Shown: in pieces, positions 56,140 to 64,000 of the stretch
Layout of the letters: every line of letters begins with the position of its first letter
How positions within the stretch are numbered: position 1 is the first letter of the stretch
NCBI GenBank assembly: GCA_027451285.1
Contig: DAIDJP010000019.1
Coordinates: 9,041 to 73,040 of the forward strand
Source of the DNA: Acidimicrobiaceae bacterium
GTDB lineage: Bacteria > Actinomycetota > Acidimicrobiia > Acidimicrobiales > RAAP-2
Direction of reading: 5' to 3'
Length of the DNA: 64,000 bases
The notes under the pieces: generated by a model
The model's input: the letters and a program-made list of their open reading frames with translations, nothing else
The model's database searches: none
What the model was told of the DNA's origin: nothing
Program-made: the position numbers and the translations under genes

Positions 56140-56173
56140 CACGCAACGGGTGGCCGAAGCCACCCGTTGCGTG
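56140..56173 (-). terminator. Terminator hairpin downstream of tRNA-Ser
   Basis: 15-bp perfect stem CACGCAACGGGTGGC-CGAA-GCCACCCGTTGCGTG. Confidence 0.8.
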
Positions 56174-56174
56174 C

Positions 56175-56262
56175 TGGCGGAGGAGGTGGGATTTGAACCC
56201 ACGGTGCCCGTAGACACAGCAGTTTTCGAGACTGCCCGATTCGGCCGCTCTCGCACCCCTCC
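56175..56262 (-). tRNA. tRNA-Ser (CGA), CCA encoded
   Basis: Reverse complement GGAGGGGTGCGAGAGCGGCCGAATCGGGCAGTCTCGAAAACTGC ... GGTTCAAATCCCACCTCCTCCGCCA; long variable arm. Confidence 0.95.
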
Positions 56263-56368
56263 GTGGACCAGTCTATCGGGGTGGCGTCGAGGGCTTCAGG
56301 GCCCTGGCGGCGCGAGTCCGCCCGTCGTATGCTGCGGCGAGAATCCGCACTTCGTCGGGGGAGGGGCC

Positions 56369-56940
56369 ATGACGGCACGTGGATGGTTGCGACGGCGCGT
56401 TCCCGAGGGCCGGCGTCGCACACGGAGTCTCGTCGTGGCGGGTGCGTTCGCGGCGCTCGTGAGCGTGGCCCTAGCCGGTGGTGCCGGCGCGTCGTCAATG
56501 ACCGCGCACGCGCTGGGGGCCGGGGACGTCTACTCGATGTCCATACCCGGGATCACGGGCACCGGAGCGACCGGAGGGCCGGGTGACATCGCGATCCAGT
56601 CGTGGTCCTTTGGCACGTCGCGCTCCGCGACCATCTCGCCCGACGGCCGACAGTTTCGACCGGGGCACGCCAAGGCCGGCACGATCATCATCACGAGGAA
56701 GATCGATGCGGCGAGTCCCTCGCTCTACGGCGCCATCACCACCGGCAAGTTCTTTCCCACGGTGACCCTCTACGTCACGCCGCCCGCGTCGGCACCCGGG
56801 GCGTTCGGCGGGGACTCGGCGACGATCGTGTTCTCTGACGTCGTCGTCACTGGGGAGAACTGGAGCGGAGTCGCCGACAGAATCCCAAGGAGACGCTGAC
56901 GATGACGTACGTGAGAGTGGCGATCTCCTACAAGCCCTAG
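56369..56940 (+). pseudogene. hcp: Hcp (T6SS tube)-like protein with N-terminal signal peptide; apparent one-base frameshift near 56879
   Basis: IAIQSWSFG, ITRKIDAASPSLY, GKFFPTVTL, FSDVVV; the Hcp-type end NPKETLTMTYVRVAISYKP* is in the -1 frame (56881-56940), while frame 0 stops at 56899. Confidence 0.75.
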
Positions 56941-56972
56941 GCAGAGCTCTCGCCGTTTCCTAGAGTGGCGAG

Positions 56973-57452
56973 GTGAGAAACGCCACGTCCTCGGATGACG
57001 ACTTCATGGCGCTGGCCCTCGACGCGGCGCGCGCGGCGGCGAGCCACGACGACGTGCCGATCGGCTGCGTGGTGGTGGTCGACGGCGAGGTGGTTGCGAC
57101 GGGTGAGAACCGTCGCGAAGTCGACGCCGACCCCACGGCCCACGCCGAGATCGTGGCGCTGCGGGCGGCTGCCGCAGCCCGGGGCCGCTGGCGCCTCGAG
57201 GACGCCACAGTCTACGTGAGCGTCGAGCCGTGCGTGATGTGCGCGGGGGCTCTCCTGAACGCTCGCGTGGCGCGCGTCGTGATCGGCGCCCTGGATGAGA
57301 AGGCCGGTGCCGTGGGCTCGCGCTACAACGTCCTTGCCGACCCTCGGCTCTTGCACGAGGTGCCGGTCACCTACGACGTGGGCGCCGAAGCGTCGGCCAC
57401 TCTCCTGCGCGAGTTCTTCGTTGCTCGTCGGGGCGGAGTCGATCGCGGGTAA
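56973..57452 (+). CDS. tadA: tRNA adenosine(34) deaminase
   Basis: DVPIGCVVV, DPTAHAEIVALR, VEPCVMCAGA; leaderless TAGAGT. Confidence 0.93.
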   Translation: MRNATSSDDDFMALALDAARAAASHDDVPIGCVVVVDGEVVATGENRREVDADPTAHAEIVALRAAAAARGRWRLEDATVYVSVEPCVMCAGALLNARVARVVIGALDEKAGAVGSRYNVLADPRLLHEVPVTYDVGAEASATLLREFFVARRGGVDRG

Positions 57453-57469
57453 CGACTAGACGGACACGA

Positions 57470-57513
57470 CAACGGCCGGCCGCTGGACCTCGTGGTCCAG
57501 CGGCCGGCCGTTG
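57470..57513. terminator. Bidirectional terminator between convergent genes
   Basis: Perfect 20-bp stem CAACGGCCGGCCGCTGGACC-TCGT-GGTCCAGCGGCCGGCCGTTG. Confidence 0.8.
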
Positions 57514-57527
57514 CGTAATCGGTGGTG

Positions 57528-57902
57528 CTACGCCGAGACGGACGTGGCCAGGATCACCGACGTGGACTTGCCGACGTAGTGACCGACCACCGAGACCTTG
57601 GCGTTCTTGGTGATCAAGGCAGCGCGGCCCTTGGTGAACTTGGCCGCCTTGAAGTCGACGCGGTACGTCTTGGCACCGTCCTTGAACCAGAAGATGTCCT
57701 TTGACGCCTCGGTCTTGACCACGGTGCCGGCCAATTCGACGGCGGCGCTCTTGGTGGCCGTCGGGTGAGTCGTCGTCTTGGTCTTCGCGTGGGTGGCGGT
57801 CGTCGTGGTCGTCGCGCCCGCCGTAGCCGTCAGGGCCGCCGCGCCGAGCGTTCCGACTGAGAGGACCGCGGGAAGAATGATCTTGGCAAACTTGGTGTTC
57901 AT
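57528..57902 (-). CDS. Small secreted Thr/Lys-rich protein (possible OB-fold)
   Basis: AGGAG SD, signal peptide, Thr-rich linker, about 65-aa beta-rich basic domain. Confidence 0.7.
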   Translation of the reverse strand: MNTKFAKIILPAVLSVGTLGAAALTATAGATTTTTATHAKTKTTTHPTATKSAAVELAGTVVKTEASKDIFWFKDGAKTYRVDFKAAKFTKGRAALITKNAKVSVVGHYVGKSTSVILATSVSA

Positions 57903-58088
57903 GGTGGTGTTCTCCTATTTGGATTGGGTGGCTGACTCCCGCCCGACCCTCCGCGGTGGGGTCGTAGTGGACGTCAGTTCAACGGTAACGATGGGGTCGG
58001 CGCGCTCGCCGTCACGTACGTCCAAGAATTGGTAAAGGTTGGCTCGCGCCAGCCGTTCTTCATGATCCTCTTACGCGTTTCTTCAGCG

Positions 58089-59501
58089 CTATTCATCGAC
58101 CGAGGCGCCATCGATGCTCATGCTGACGTTCGGGTTGACGCGACGCAGCGTGACGGTGGCGTCGACACCCCCACTGGGGGCTTCGCGCAATTCGATGCTG
58201 CCGCCCGAGAGTCGCACGAGCTGTTCGGCGATGGCCAGGCCGAGACCCGAACCTTCCGCGGTGTTCTCGCGAGCGCGCCAGAAGCGTCGAAGGGCGAGAC
58301 GGCGGTTGGCCGGACTCATGCCGACACCGTTGTCGATGACGTGGACTTCGGCGTGCTCGTCGGCGTTGCGCGCGTCGACCACGATGCGACCGCCGGAGGG
58401 AGTCGCGTCAAAGGCGTTGGCGAGCAGATTGTCGATGACCTGCTCCATTACCCCGTCGATTGCGAGGGCACCGAGCTCGGGGCTCCCCGACGAGTCCAGC
58501 GTGATGCCGTGTTCGGCGGCGAGCGGTCGCCAGTAGTCGACGCGCGATCGGGCGATGGCCGCCAGGTCGATGACCGACAGGATCGCGGGCCGCGACTCGT
58601 TGCGGGCGAGCTCGAGGAGGGACTCGACGAGGCGTCGCAGCCGGCTGAGCTCGGACAGTACCGGGATGAAGTCGTCGGGGCCGGTCTCGCCTCCGTACTG
58701 GAGGTTTTCGAGGTGCAGCTGCAGGGCGGTCAGGGGGGTGCGCAGTTGGTGCGACGCGTCCTCGACGAACGTGGTCTGGGCCTCGAGCAGTTCGACGAGT
58801 CGCGCGGACATGGCGTTGATCGACTCGGCGAGGCGGCGCAGCTCCGGGGGACCCTCGTCGACCGGCGCGCGGATGCGCAACTCGCCGGCGCCGATCGCTT
58901 CGACCGCCCGGCCGATGCGCCGCAGGGGACGAGTCAGCGAGGTCGAGATGAGGAACCCGAAGCCGACGGCCGCCAGCAGCATTACGAGCCCGTAGAGCGC
59001 GAGGTTGCGCCAGTTGCCGTGCACGGCCCTCGTCACGATGGTCACCGGGAACGTGACGACGAGCACCGCCTGGTCGATGCGCGCGACGTTTGACCTGTCG
59101 TAGGGCAGGCGCATCGCCACGTAGTACTGGGCGCCCTCGACGGACGAGCGCGGGATCACTCCCGAGAGCGGGGTCGCTCCGACGCTGTGCGCTAACCGCG
59201 CGATCTCCTCGTCGACCGCCTGGCGGTGCTTGCTCGCTATCAGCGTGCGGCCCTCTCTCAGCACCAGGATCTGGCGCTTGGTCGCGCGCGAGTACGTGTC
59301 GGAGAACCTAATCGCCGCCTGTAGGTGATTGCGTCCGATGTCGTTCGCCAGGACGGCGGCCAGCGCTCCGGTGTCGCGACGAAGTGCGGACAGGGTCGAG
59401 GAGTTGGCGTTCGAGTTCAGCGTGTAGCCGACGGGGATGACGAGCAGGACCATCGCCACCACCGCGAACAGGATGAACCCGGCGAGGAGCCGACGCCTCA
59501 C
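58089..59501 (-). CDS. HAMP-domain sensor histidine kinase
   Basis: Two TM helices, HAMP, DASHQLRTPL, NLLANA, GSGLGLAI; GTGA overlap with the response regulator. Confidence 0.92.
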   Translation of the reverse strand: MRRRLLAGFILFAVVAMVLLVIPVGYTLNSNANSSTLSALRRDTGALAAVLANDIGRNHLQAAIRFSDTYSRATKRQILVLREGRTLIASKHRQAVDEEIARLAHSVGATPLSGVIPRSSVEGAQYYVAMRLPYDRSNVARIDQAVLVVTFPVTIVTRAVHGNWRNLALYGLVMLLAAVGFGFLISTSLTRPLRRIGRAVEAIGAGELRIRAPVDEGPPELRRLAESINAMSARLVELLEAQTTFVEDASHQLRTPLTALQLHLENLQYGGETGPDDFIPVLSELSRLRRLVESLLELARNESRPAILSVIDLAAIARSRVDYWRPLAAEHGITLDSSGSPELGALAIDGVMEQVIDNLLANAFDATPSGGRIVVDARNADEHAEVHVIDNGVGMSPANRRLALRRFWRARENTAEGSGLGLAIAEQLVRLSGGSIELREAPSGGVDATVTLRRVNPNVSMSIDGASVDE

Positions 59502-60157
59502 GGTGTCAGAGCCAATCGGAATCCGATGCCTCGATGGGTTTCGATTGCCTCGGCTAGACCGAGCTTTCGTCGCAGGGAGGCCACGTGGACGTCGATCATC
59601 TTGGTCGAGCCGAACCAGTTGGGCCCCCACAACTCGTCGAGCAGTTCTTGGCGGGTCACGACCGCGCCCGGGTCGCGCGCCAGTAGGTCGAGGATCCCGT
59701 ACTCCTTGGGAGTGCAGGCGATCTCGGCGCCGTCGACCGTGATCGTGCGGGTGCGGCGATCGATGGTGATCGGGCCGACCTGTTGGACCCGGCTCTCGGC
59801 GTCGGTTCCCGTCGTGCGCCGGGTGACGGCGTTGATGCGCGCCACCAGCTCGCGAAAGCCGAAGGGCTTGACCACGTAGTCGTCCGCGCCCAGATCGAGT
59901 CCGGCGATCCGGTCGTGTTCCGCGCCACGCGCGGTCACCATGATGATGGGTGCCGAAGTGGCCGCCCGCAGGTCTTCGAAGAGCTCGATGCCGTCGCGAT
60001 CGGGCAGCCCGAGGTCGAGGAGGATGAAGTCGGTGGGCAGGCTGCGCAGGGCCTCGGCCCCGGTGGCCGCGCGCACCGGCGTGAAGCCCTCGCGCGTGAG
60101 CCCGGTCACGATCGCCGAAGCGATGGCCTCGTCGTCTTCGATGACCAGAACGCGCAC
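59498..60157 (-). CDS. OmpR-family response regulator
   Basis: LLDLGLPD, GADDYVVKPF, DVHVASLRRKL, THRGIGFRL. Confidence 0.93.
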   Translation of the reverse strand: MRVLVIEDDEAIASAIVTGLTREGFTPVRAATGAEALRSLPTDFILLDLGLPDRDGIELFEDLRAATSAPIIMVTARGAEHDRIAGLDLGADDYVVKPFGFRELVARINAVTRRTTGTDAESRVQQVGPITIDRRTRTITVDGAEIACTPKEYGILDLLARDPGAVVTRQELLDELWGPNWFGSTKMIDVHVASLRRKLGLAEAIETHRGIGFRLALTP

Positions 60158-60207
60158 GCCTCATTATGGTGCCAGCGCGTGCGAGCGGCGCACTCGCCCG
60201 GATGGGG

Positions 60208-61431
60208 CTAGCGGCCCGCGTCCACCAGTGACTCGAGGTAGTAGCGAATCTGGATGGCGACGGCCGCACCCTCACCCACGGCCGACGCCAGCTGCTTGGT
60301 CGAGCCCGCGCGCACGTCGCCCGCGGCGAAGACGCCCGGCACACTCGTCGCGAAGTCGTGATCGGTCACGAGGAAGCCCCGTTCGTCGGTGGCGAGCGAG
60401 CCGTTGAGAAAGCCGGTGTTGGGATCTAGCCCCACGAAGACGAAGGCGCCGGCGGTCGCGAGCCGTTCGCTCTGGCCCGCGCGCTCGATGACGACCGCGG
60501 CCAGGGAACCGTCGTCGGCGGCGTCAAAGGACGTCACCGTCGCGTCGAGGACGACGGACATGCGCGGGTGGTTGGCGACCTTGTCCTGGAGGAGCCGGCT
60601 CGCGGTGAGCTGGGGAGCCCCCTGGAGGATCGTCACGTGCTCGGCGAACTGGGTGAGGAAGAGTCCCTCCTCCAATCCGCTGTTGCCGCCGCCGATCACG
60701 GTGAGTTCGTTCGCCCCGCGGTAGAAAGGGCCGTCGCAGGTCGCGCAGAAGTGGATGCCCGCACCGATCAGGTCGGCCTCGCCTTCGGCGCCGGTGCGAC
60801 GGTACGTCGAGCCCGTCGCAACGAGGACCGCCGGGGCGTGGACACGCGCTCCCGTGGAGAGGTCCACGCGGATCATCGCCCCGTCGCGCTCGACGCCGGT
60901 CACGGCGACCGCGGACAGGATCTCGACGCCGTAGCGTTCGGCCTGTCGGGTCATGCGCTCGGCCAGCTCGGCGCCGCCTACTCCTTCGGGGAATCCGGGG
61001 TAGTTGTCGAAGCGCTCGGTCACCGCGGCCTGACCGCCGGGGGCGGAGCGCTCGACGATGAGGGCCCGCAGGTTCTCGCGCGCGGCGTAGATCGCCGTTG
61101 TGAGCCCGCTCGGCCCCCCGCCGATGATCACGACGTCGTACTCGCTCTTCGCCGCGGCGCGGCTGAGACCGACGCGCTCGGCCAACTCGTCGTCGGAGGG
61201 CTCGGCGAGGAACGAGCCGTCGGGAAAGACGATGGTCGGGATGATGCGCTTGCCGGCGTTTCGACTCTCGACCTCGGCGACCTGTTCGGGGTGCTCTTCG
61301 AGGTCGACCCAGGTGAAGGGGATGCGGTGCGTCGTGAGGAACTGCTTGGAGCGGCGGCAGTCGGGGCACCACGGCGCGCCGTAGACGACGAGTCCCTCGT
61401 CAGATTGGCTGGACTGCTCGGTCGTGCCCAC
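60208..61431 (-). CDS. Glutaredoxin-like domain fused to thioredoxin reductase
   Basis: N-terminal WCPDC ... IPTI; then GGGPSG, CATCDG, GGGNSG, TSVPGVFAAGDVR. Confidence 0.9.
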   Translation of the reverse strand: MGTTEQSSQSDEGLVVYGAPWCPDCRRSKQFLTTHRIPFTWVDLEEHPEQVAEVESRNAGKRIIPTIVFPDGSFLAEPSDDELAERVGLSRAAAKSEYDVVIIGGGPSGLTTAIYAARENLRALIVERSAPGGQAAVTERFDNYPGFPEGVGGAELAERMTRQAERYGVEILSAVAVTGVERDGAMIRVDLSTGARVHAPAVLVATGSTYRRTGAEGEADLIGAGIHFCATCDGPFYRGANELTVIGGGNSGLEEGLFLTQFAEHVTILQGAPQLTASRLLQDKVANHPRMSVVLDATVTSFDAADDGSLAAVVIERAGQSERLATAGAFVFVGLDPNTGFLNGSLATDERGFLVTDHDFATSVPGVFAAGDVRAGSTKQLASAVGEGAAVAIQIRYYLESLVDAGR

Positions 61432-61553
61432 GGTTCCCCCTTGCGACTCTTCGAGGGTATCGGTCGGGCGGGGACGACGCGTCGCTCGCGAGGAACCCCG
61501 GCGATGACGCGGATGAGGCGGGTCGCTAGACCCGCCTCATCCGTTGGATCGCG

Positions 61554-61994
61554 TTACACGCTGAGAGCTGACATCGCCGAGTCGTGGCGCACTTCGATGC
61601 GCCGCGGCTTGGCCTCCTCGGCGACGGGAATGGACAGGGTCAGGACGCCGTCGGCGTAGTGGGCGTCAATCTTCGTGGTGTCCAGGTTGTCGCCGAGAAG
61701 GATCTGGCGGCTGAACGTGCCGTGCGCGCGCTCGGCCACGAGTGCCTCGACGCCCTCGGAGACGAGCGGCGGCTTGCGGTCGGCCTTGACGATCAACGTG
61801 TTGTTGTCGACGGTGAGCTCGATCGACTCGGCGTCGACGCCGGGCAGGTCGAACTGCACGAGGAACTGGTCCTCCTTGCGGTAGGCGTCCATCGGCATCG
61901 TGAGCAGCGTGGCCCGACGGGTGGTCTCTCCCATCATCTGCTGGAAGAGGCGGTCGAAGTCACGAAACGGTTCGGAACGAACAAGAAGCGGCAT
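61554..61994 (-). CDS. Hsp20 / alpha-crystallin small heat shock protein
   Basis: PMDAYR, DLPGV, ER-HG-F-RQ--LG, A-Y-DGVL-L-IP; AAGGAGG SD. Confidence 0.95.
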   Translation of the reverse strand: MPLLVRSEPFRDFDRLFQQMMGETTRRATLLTMPMDAYRKEDQFLVQFDLPGVDAESIELTVDNNTLIVKADRKPPLVSEGVEALVAERAHGTFSRQILLGDNLDTTKIDAHYADGVLTLSIPVAEEAKPRRIEVRHDSAMSALSV

Positions 61995-62038
61995 TGCCGT
62001 AACCTCCTTACATCACTTCAGTATGTCCCCCGAGGCGG

Positions 62039-62065
62039 TTGGCACTCAAGGGCTACGACTGCCAA
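62039..62065. promoter_or_regulatory. CIRCE element (HrcA operator) upstream of hsp20
   Basis: TTGGCACTC-N9-GACTGCCAA versus consensus TTAGCACTC-N9-GAGTGCTAA. Confidence 0.8.
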
Positions 62066-62159
62066 TATACCAGGTGAAAGCCGATATAGTCTGAGAATTT
62101 GGTAAGAGCCGGCCCCCTCGCGATGGCCCTGATCGGCTGTGGTTGTCTCGTGCGATCTC

Positions 62160-62804
62160 CTAGGACTCCGCCCGGACGGCCGCGCCCACGACCAGCGGGC
62201 CGATCAGGGGCGAGATCCAGCGGAGTCGATCCGCGCGGGTGGTCTGCAGTTGCAACGGCGAGGCGCGTATCAGCGCCATCGTGTCGCGGTTGCAGTTGCA
62301 GCCGCACGCGTAGAGGCCCCACGCGTGGTTGAAGCGGTCCTGCCACGCCGCGGCCCGCGGCGACGTCGCACGAACGTGTTCGGCGAAGAGAAATACGCCT
62401 GCGGGGCGCAGGACCCGCACGACCTCACCAAGGACTCGCTGCGGATCGGGGACGGTGCACAGAACGAGGGTGCAGACCACGGCGTCGACGCTGGAGTCAG
62501 CGCACGGGATCTCCTCGGCGGGTGACTGCGTGACGACGACGTTCGAGGCGGACCCGACGCGTTTGCGCAGCCGAGCCACCATGAATGGATCGGGCTCGGT
62601 GAGAAGGAGCGACGACACCGATGGCGAATAGTGCTCGAGGTTGAGGCCGGTGCCGGCGCCGAGCTCGACGACCCGTCCGGTGGCCTCACCGATCAAGGTG
62701 GCGCGCAGGTCACGCAGTCCGCGACGTTCGGCGAGGATGAACGCCGCGTCGTAGAGCGCGGCGAACACTCGACGCCACGCGGTCCCGACAGTGCTGTCTC
62801 TCAT
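62160..62804 (-). CDS. Class I SAM-dependent methyltransferase (METTL7-like)
   Basis: VVELGAGTG-N, EPDP-M, LVLCTV, LRPAG-F-F-EHV, GCNCNRD. Confidence 0.88.
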   Translation of the reverse strand: MRDSTVGTAWRRVFAALYDAAFILAERRGLRDLRATLIGEATGRVVELGAGTGLNLEHYSPSVSSLLLTEPDPFMVARLRKRVGSASNVVVTQSPAEEIPCADSSVDAVVCTLVLCTVPDPQRVLGEVVRVLRPAGVFLFAEHVRATSPRAAAWQDRFNHAWGLYACGCNCNRDTMALIRASPLQLQTTRADRLRWISPLIGPLVVGAAVRAES

Positions 62805-62865
62805 GGACCCCCGACCCGAACATATCGTCGCGCTCGGCGAGTGCGCCCGCGCAGGCCCGGGATGA

Positions 62866-62899
62866 ATAGTTGACTAATTCCATTAGATTTGTGTAGTAT
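62866..62899 (+). promoter_or_regulatory. metY promoter with possible Rrf2-family operator
   Basis: TTGACT (62870) -18 nt- TAGTAT (62894) in an AT-rich patch; ATAGTTGACTAATT matches an IscR type-1 half site. Confidence 0.45.
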
Positions 62900-62949
62900 C
62901 ACCGGCTACTTGGAACTCGCACAGAGCCATGTCGACAGGAGGAGTAGCA

Positions 62950-64000
62950 ATGACTGAGTGGGGATTCGAGACACGCCAGGTCCACGCCGGTGCGTCACCG
63001 GACCTGGCCACGGGAGCTCGCTCCGTGCCGATCTATCAGACCGCCAGCTACGTCTTTCGCGACACCGAGCACGCCGCGGCCCTCTTCGGACTGTCCGAGC
63101 TGGGCAACATCTACACCCGGATCATGAACCCCACGCAGAACGTCTTCGAAGAGAGGATCGCGTCGCTCGAAGGCGGTGTCGCCGCGCTGGCGGTGGCGTC
63201 CGGTCAGGCCGCCGAGACCGTCGCGCTGCTCAACCTCGCCGAGGGTGGCGGGCACATTGTGGCCTCGTCGTCGCTCTACGGCGGCACGTACAACCTGCTG
63301 CACTACACGTTGCCCAAGCTGGGCATCGAGACGACGTTCGTCGACGACCCCGACGACCTCGACCAGTGGGCGGCCGCAGTTCGACCGACCACTAAGGCGT
63401 TCTTCGCCGAATCGCTGGGCAATCCCAAGGGCGACGTACTCGACTTCGAGGGCGTGGCCACGGTCGCCCATAATCACCGCATCCCCTTCGTGGTGGACAA
63501 CACGCTCGCGACGCCCTACCTCGTGCGCCCGCTCGAGCACGGCGCCGACGTGGTGATCCACTCGGCGACCAAGTTCATCGGTGGCCACGGGACCTCGATC
63601 GGCGGCGTCATCGTCGATGGCGGAACGTTCGACTACGAGAACAGCGGTCGCTTCCCCTCGTTCACCGAACCCGACCCCAGCTACCACGGCCTGGTGTTCG
63701 GCCAGCTGCCGGCGCCGCTCTTTGCCGCGCGCTTCGTCCTCAAGGCGCGCCTGCAGTACTTGCGCGACATGGGAGCAGCGATCGCGCCACTCAATTCGTT
63801 CCTCTTCGTCCAGGGACTCGAAACGCTCAGCCTGCGCATGGAGCGCCACGTGGCCAACGCCACCACGGTCGCCAACTGGCTGGAAGCGCGCGGTGACGTG
63901 TCCTGGGTCTCCTACCCGGGTCTCGCCTCCAGCCCCTGGCACGAGCGCCAGCAGAGGTACCTCCCCAAGGGCGGCGGGGCCATCGTCTCCTTCGGCATCG
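62950..64000 (+). CDS. metY: O-acetylhomoserine/O-acetylserine sulfhydrylase (3' end beyond window)
   Basis: Read directly (absent from the ORF track because there is no stop): MTEWGFETRQVHAG, PIYQT, NIYTRIMNPT, ASGQAA, HSATKFIGGHG; AGGAGG SD. Confidence 0.93.
   Translation, partial: MTEWGFETRQVHAGASPDLATGARSVPIYQTASYVFRDTEHAAALFGLSELGNIYTRIMNPTQNVFEERIASLEGGVAALAVASGQAAETVALLNLAEGGGHIVASSSLYGGTYNLLHYTLPKLGIETTFVDDPDDLDQWAAAVRPTTKAFFAESLGNPKGDVLDFEGVATVAHNHRIPFVVDNTLATPYLVRPLEHGADVVIHSATKFIGGHGTSIGGVIVDGGTFDYENSGRFPSFTEPDPSYHGLVFGQLPAPLFAARFVLKARLQYLRDMGAAIAPLNSFLFVQGLETLSLRMERHVANATTVANWLEARGDVSWVSYPGLASSPWHERQQRYLPKGGGAIVSFGI

Noticed and set aside
56263-57520. SRP RNA (ffs) near tadA/tRNA-Ser
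   Set aside because: Often found in this neighbourhood, but I could not find the conserved helix-8 motif. The 57470 hairpin is a perfect stem between convergent genes, so it is better read as a terminator.
58089-60344. 751-aa ORF as a single gene
   Set aside because: Only 58089-59501 is the kinase. The upstream part is an off-frame read through the response regulator and the TrxR 3' end.
1-64000. CRISPR array, rRNA, IS/transposase, prophage structural cluster
   Set aside because: No regularly spaced repeats, rRNA signatures, DDE/HUH motifs or capsid/terminase genes seen by eye. A tool scan would be needed to exclude degenerate cases.

Overview
High-GC (about 70%) Actinomycetota chromosome segment; the gene style suggests Acidimicrobiia, but that is inference only. 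It is densely coding, with about 65 CDS, 2 tRNAs (Arg-ACG, Ser-CGA) and no rRNA, CRISPR array, integrase or transposase that I could see. Core genes: ctaA/ctaB, serS, senX3-regX3-like pair, putA, marP, gabT, tadA, Grx-TrxR fusion, hsp20, metY (partial). Strongest candidates for new biology: (1) a five-gene, translationally coupled miniature type IV secretion/conjugation-like operon (VirB2-, VirB6-, PrgI/VirB3-, VirB4- and VirD4-like; 16.8-21.6 kb) with no relaxase, integrase or wall hydrolase, sitting between housekeeping genes; (2) an orphan Hcp-like (T6SS tube fold) gene with a signal peptide and a one-base frameshift; (3) a Rieske-less, PEWY-less three-gene cytochrome b module behind a DosR/OsdR-like box; (4) an uncharacterised catabolic cluster (bicupin, SDR, amidohydrolase, ABC importer, M24 hydrolase, XRE-cupin regulator) with shared promoter motifs; (5) widespread leaderless promoters (TANNNT-N6/7-start), which also reveal three small ORFs. 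All product calls come from motif recognition by eye, not database searches.
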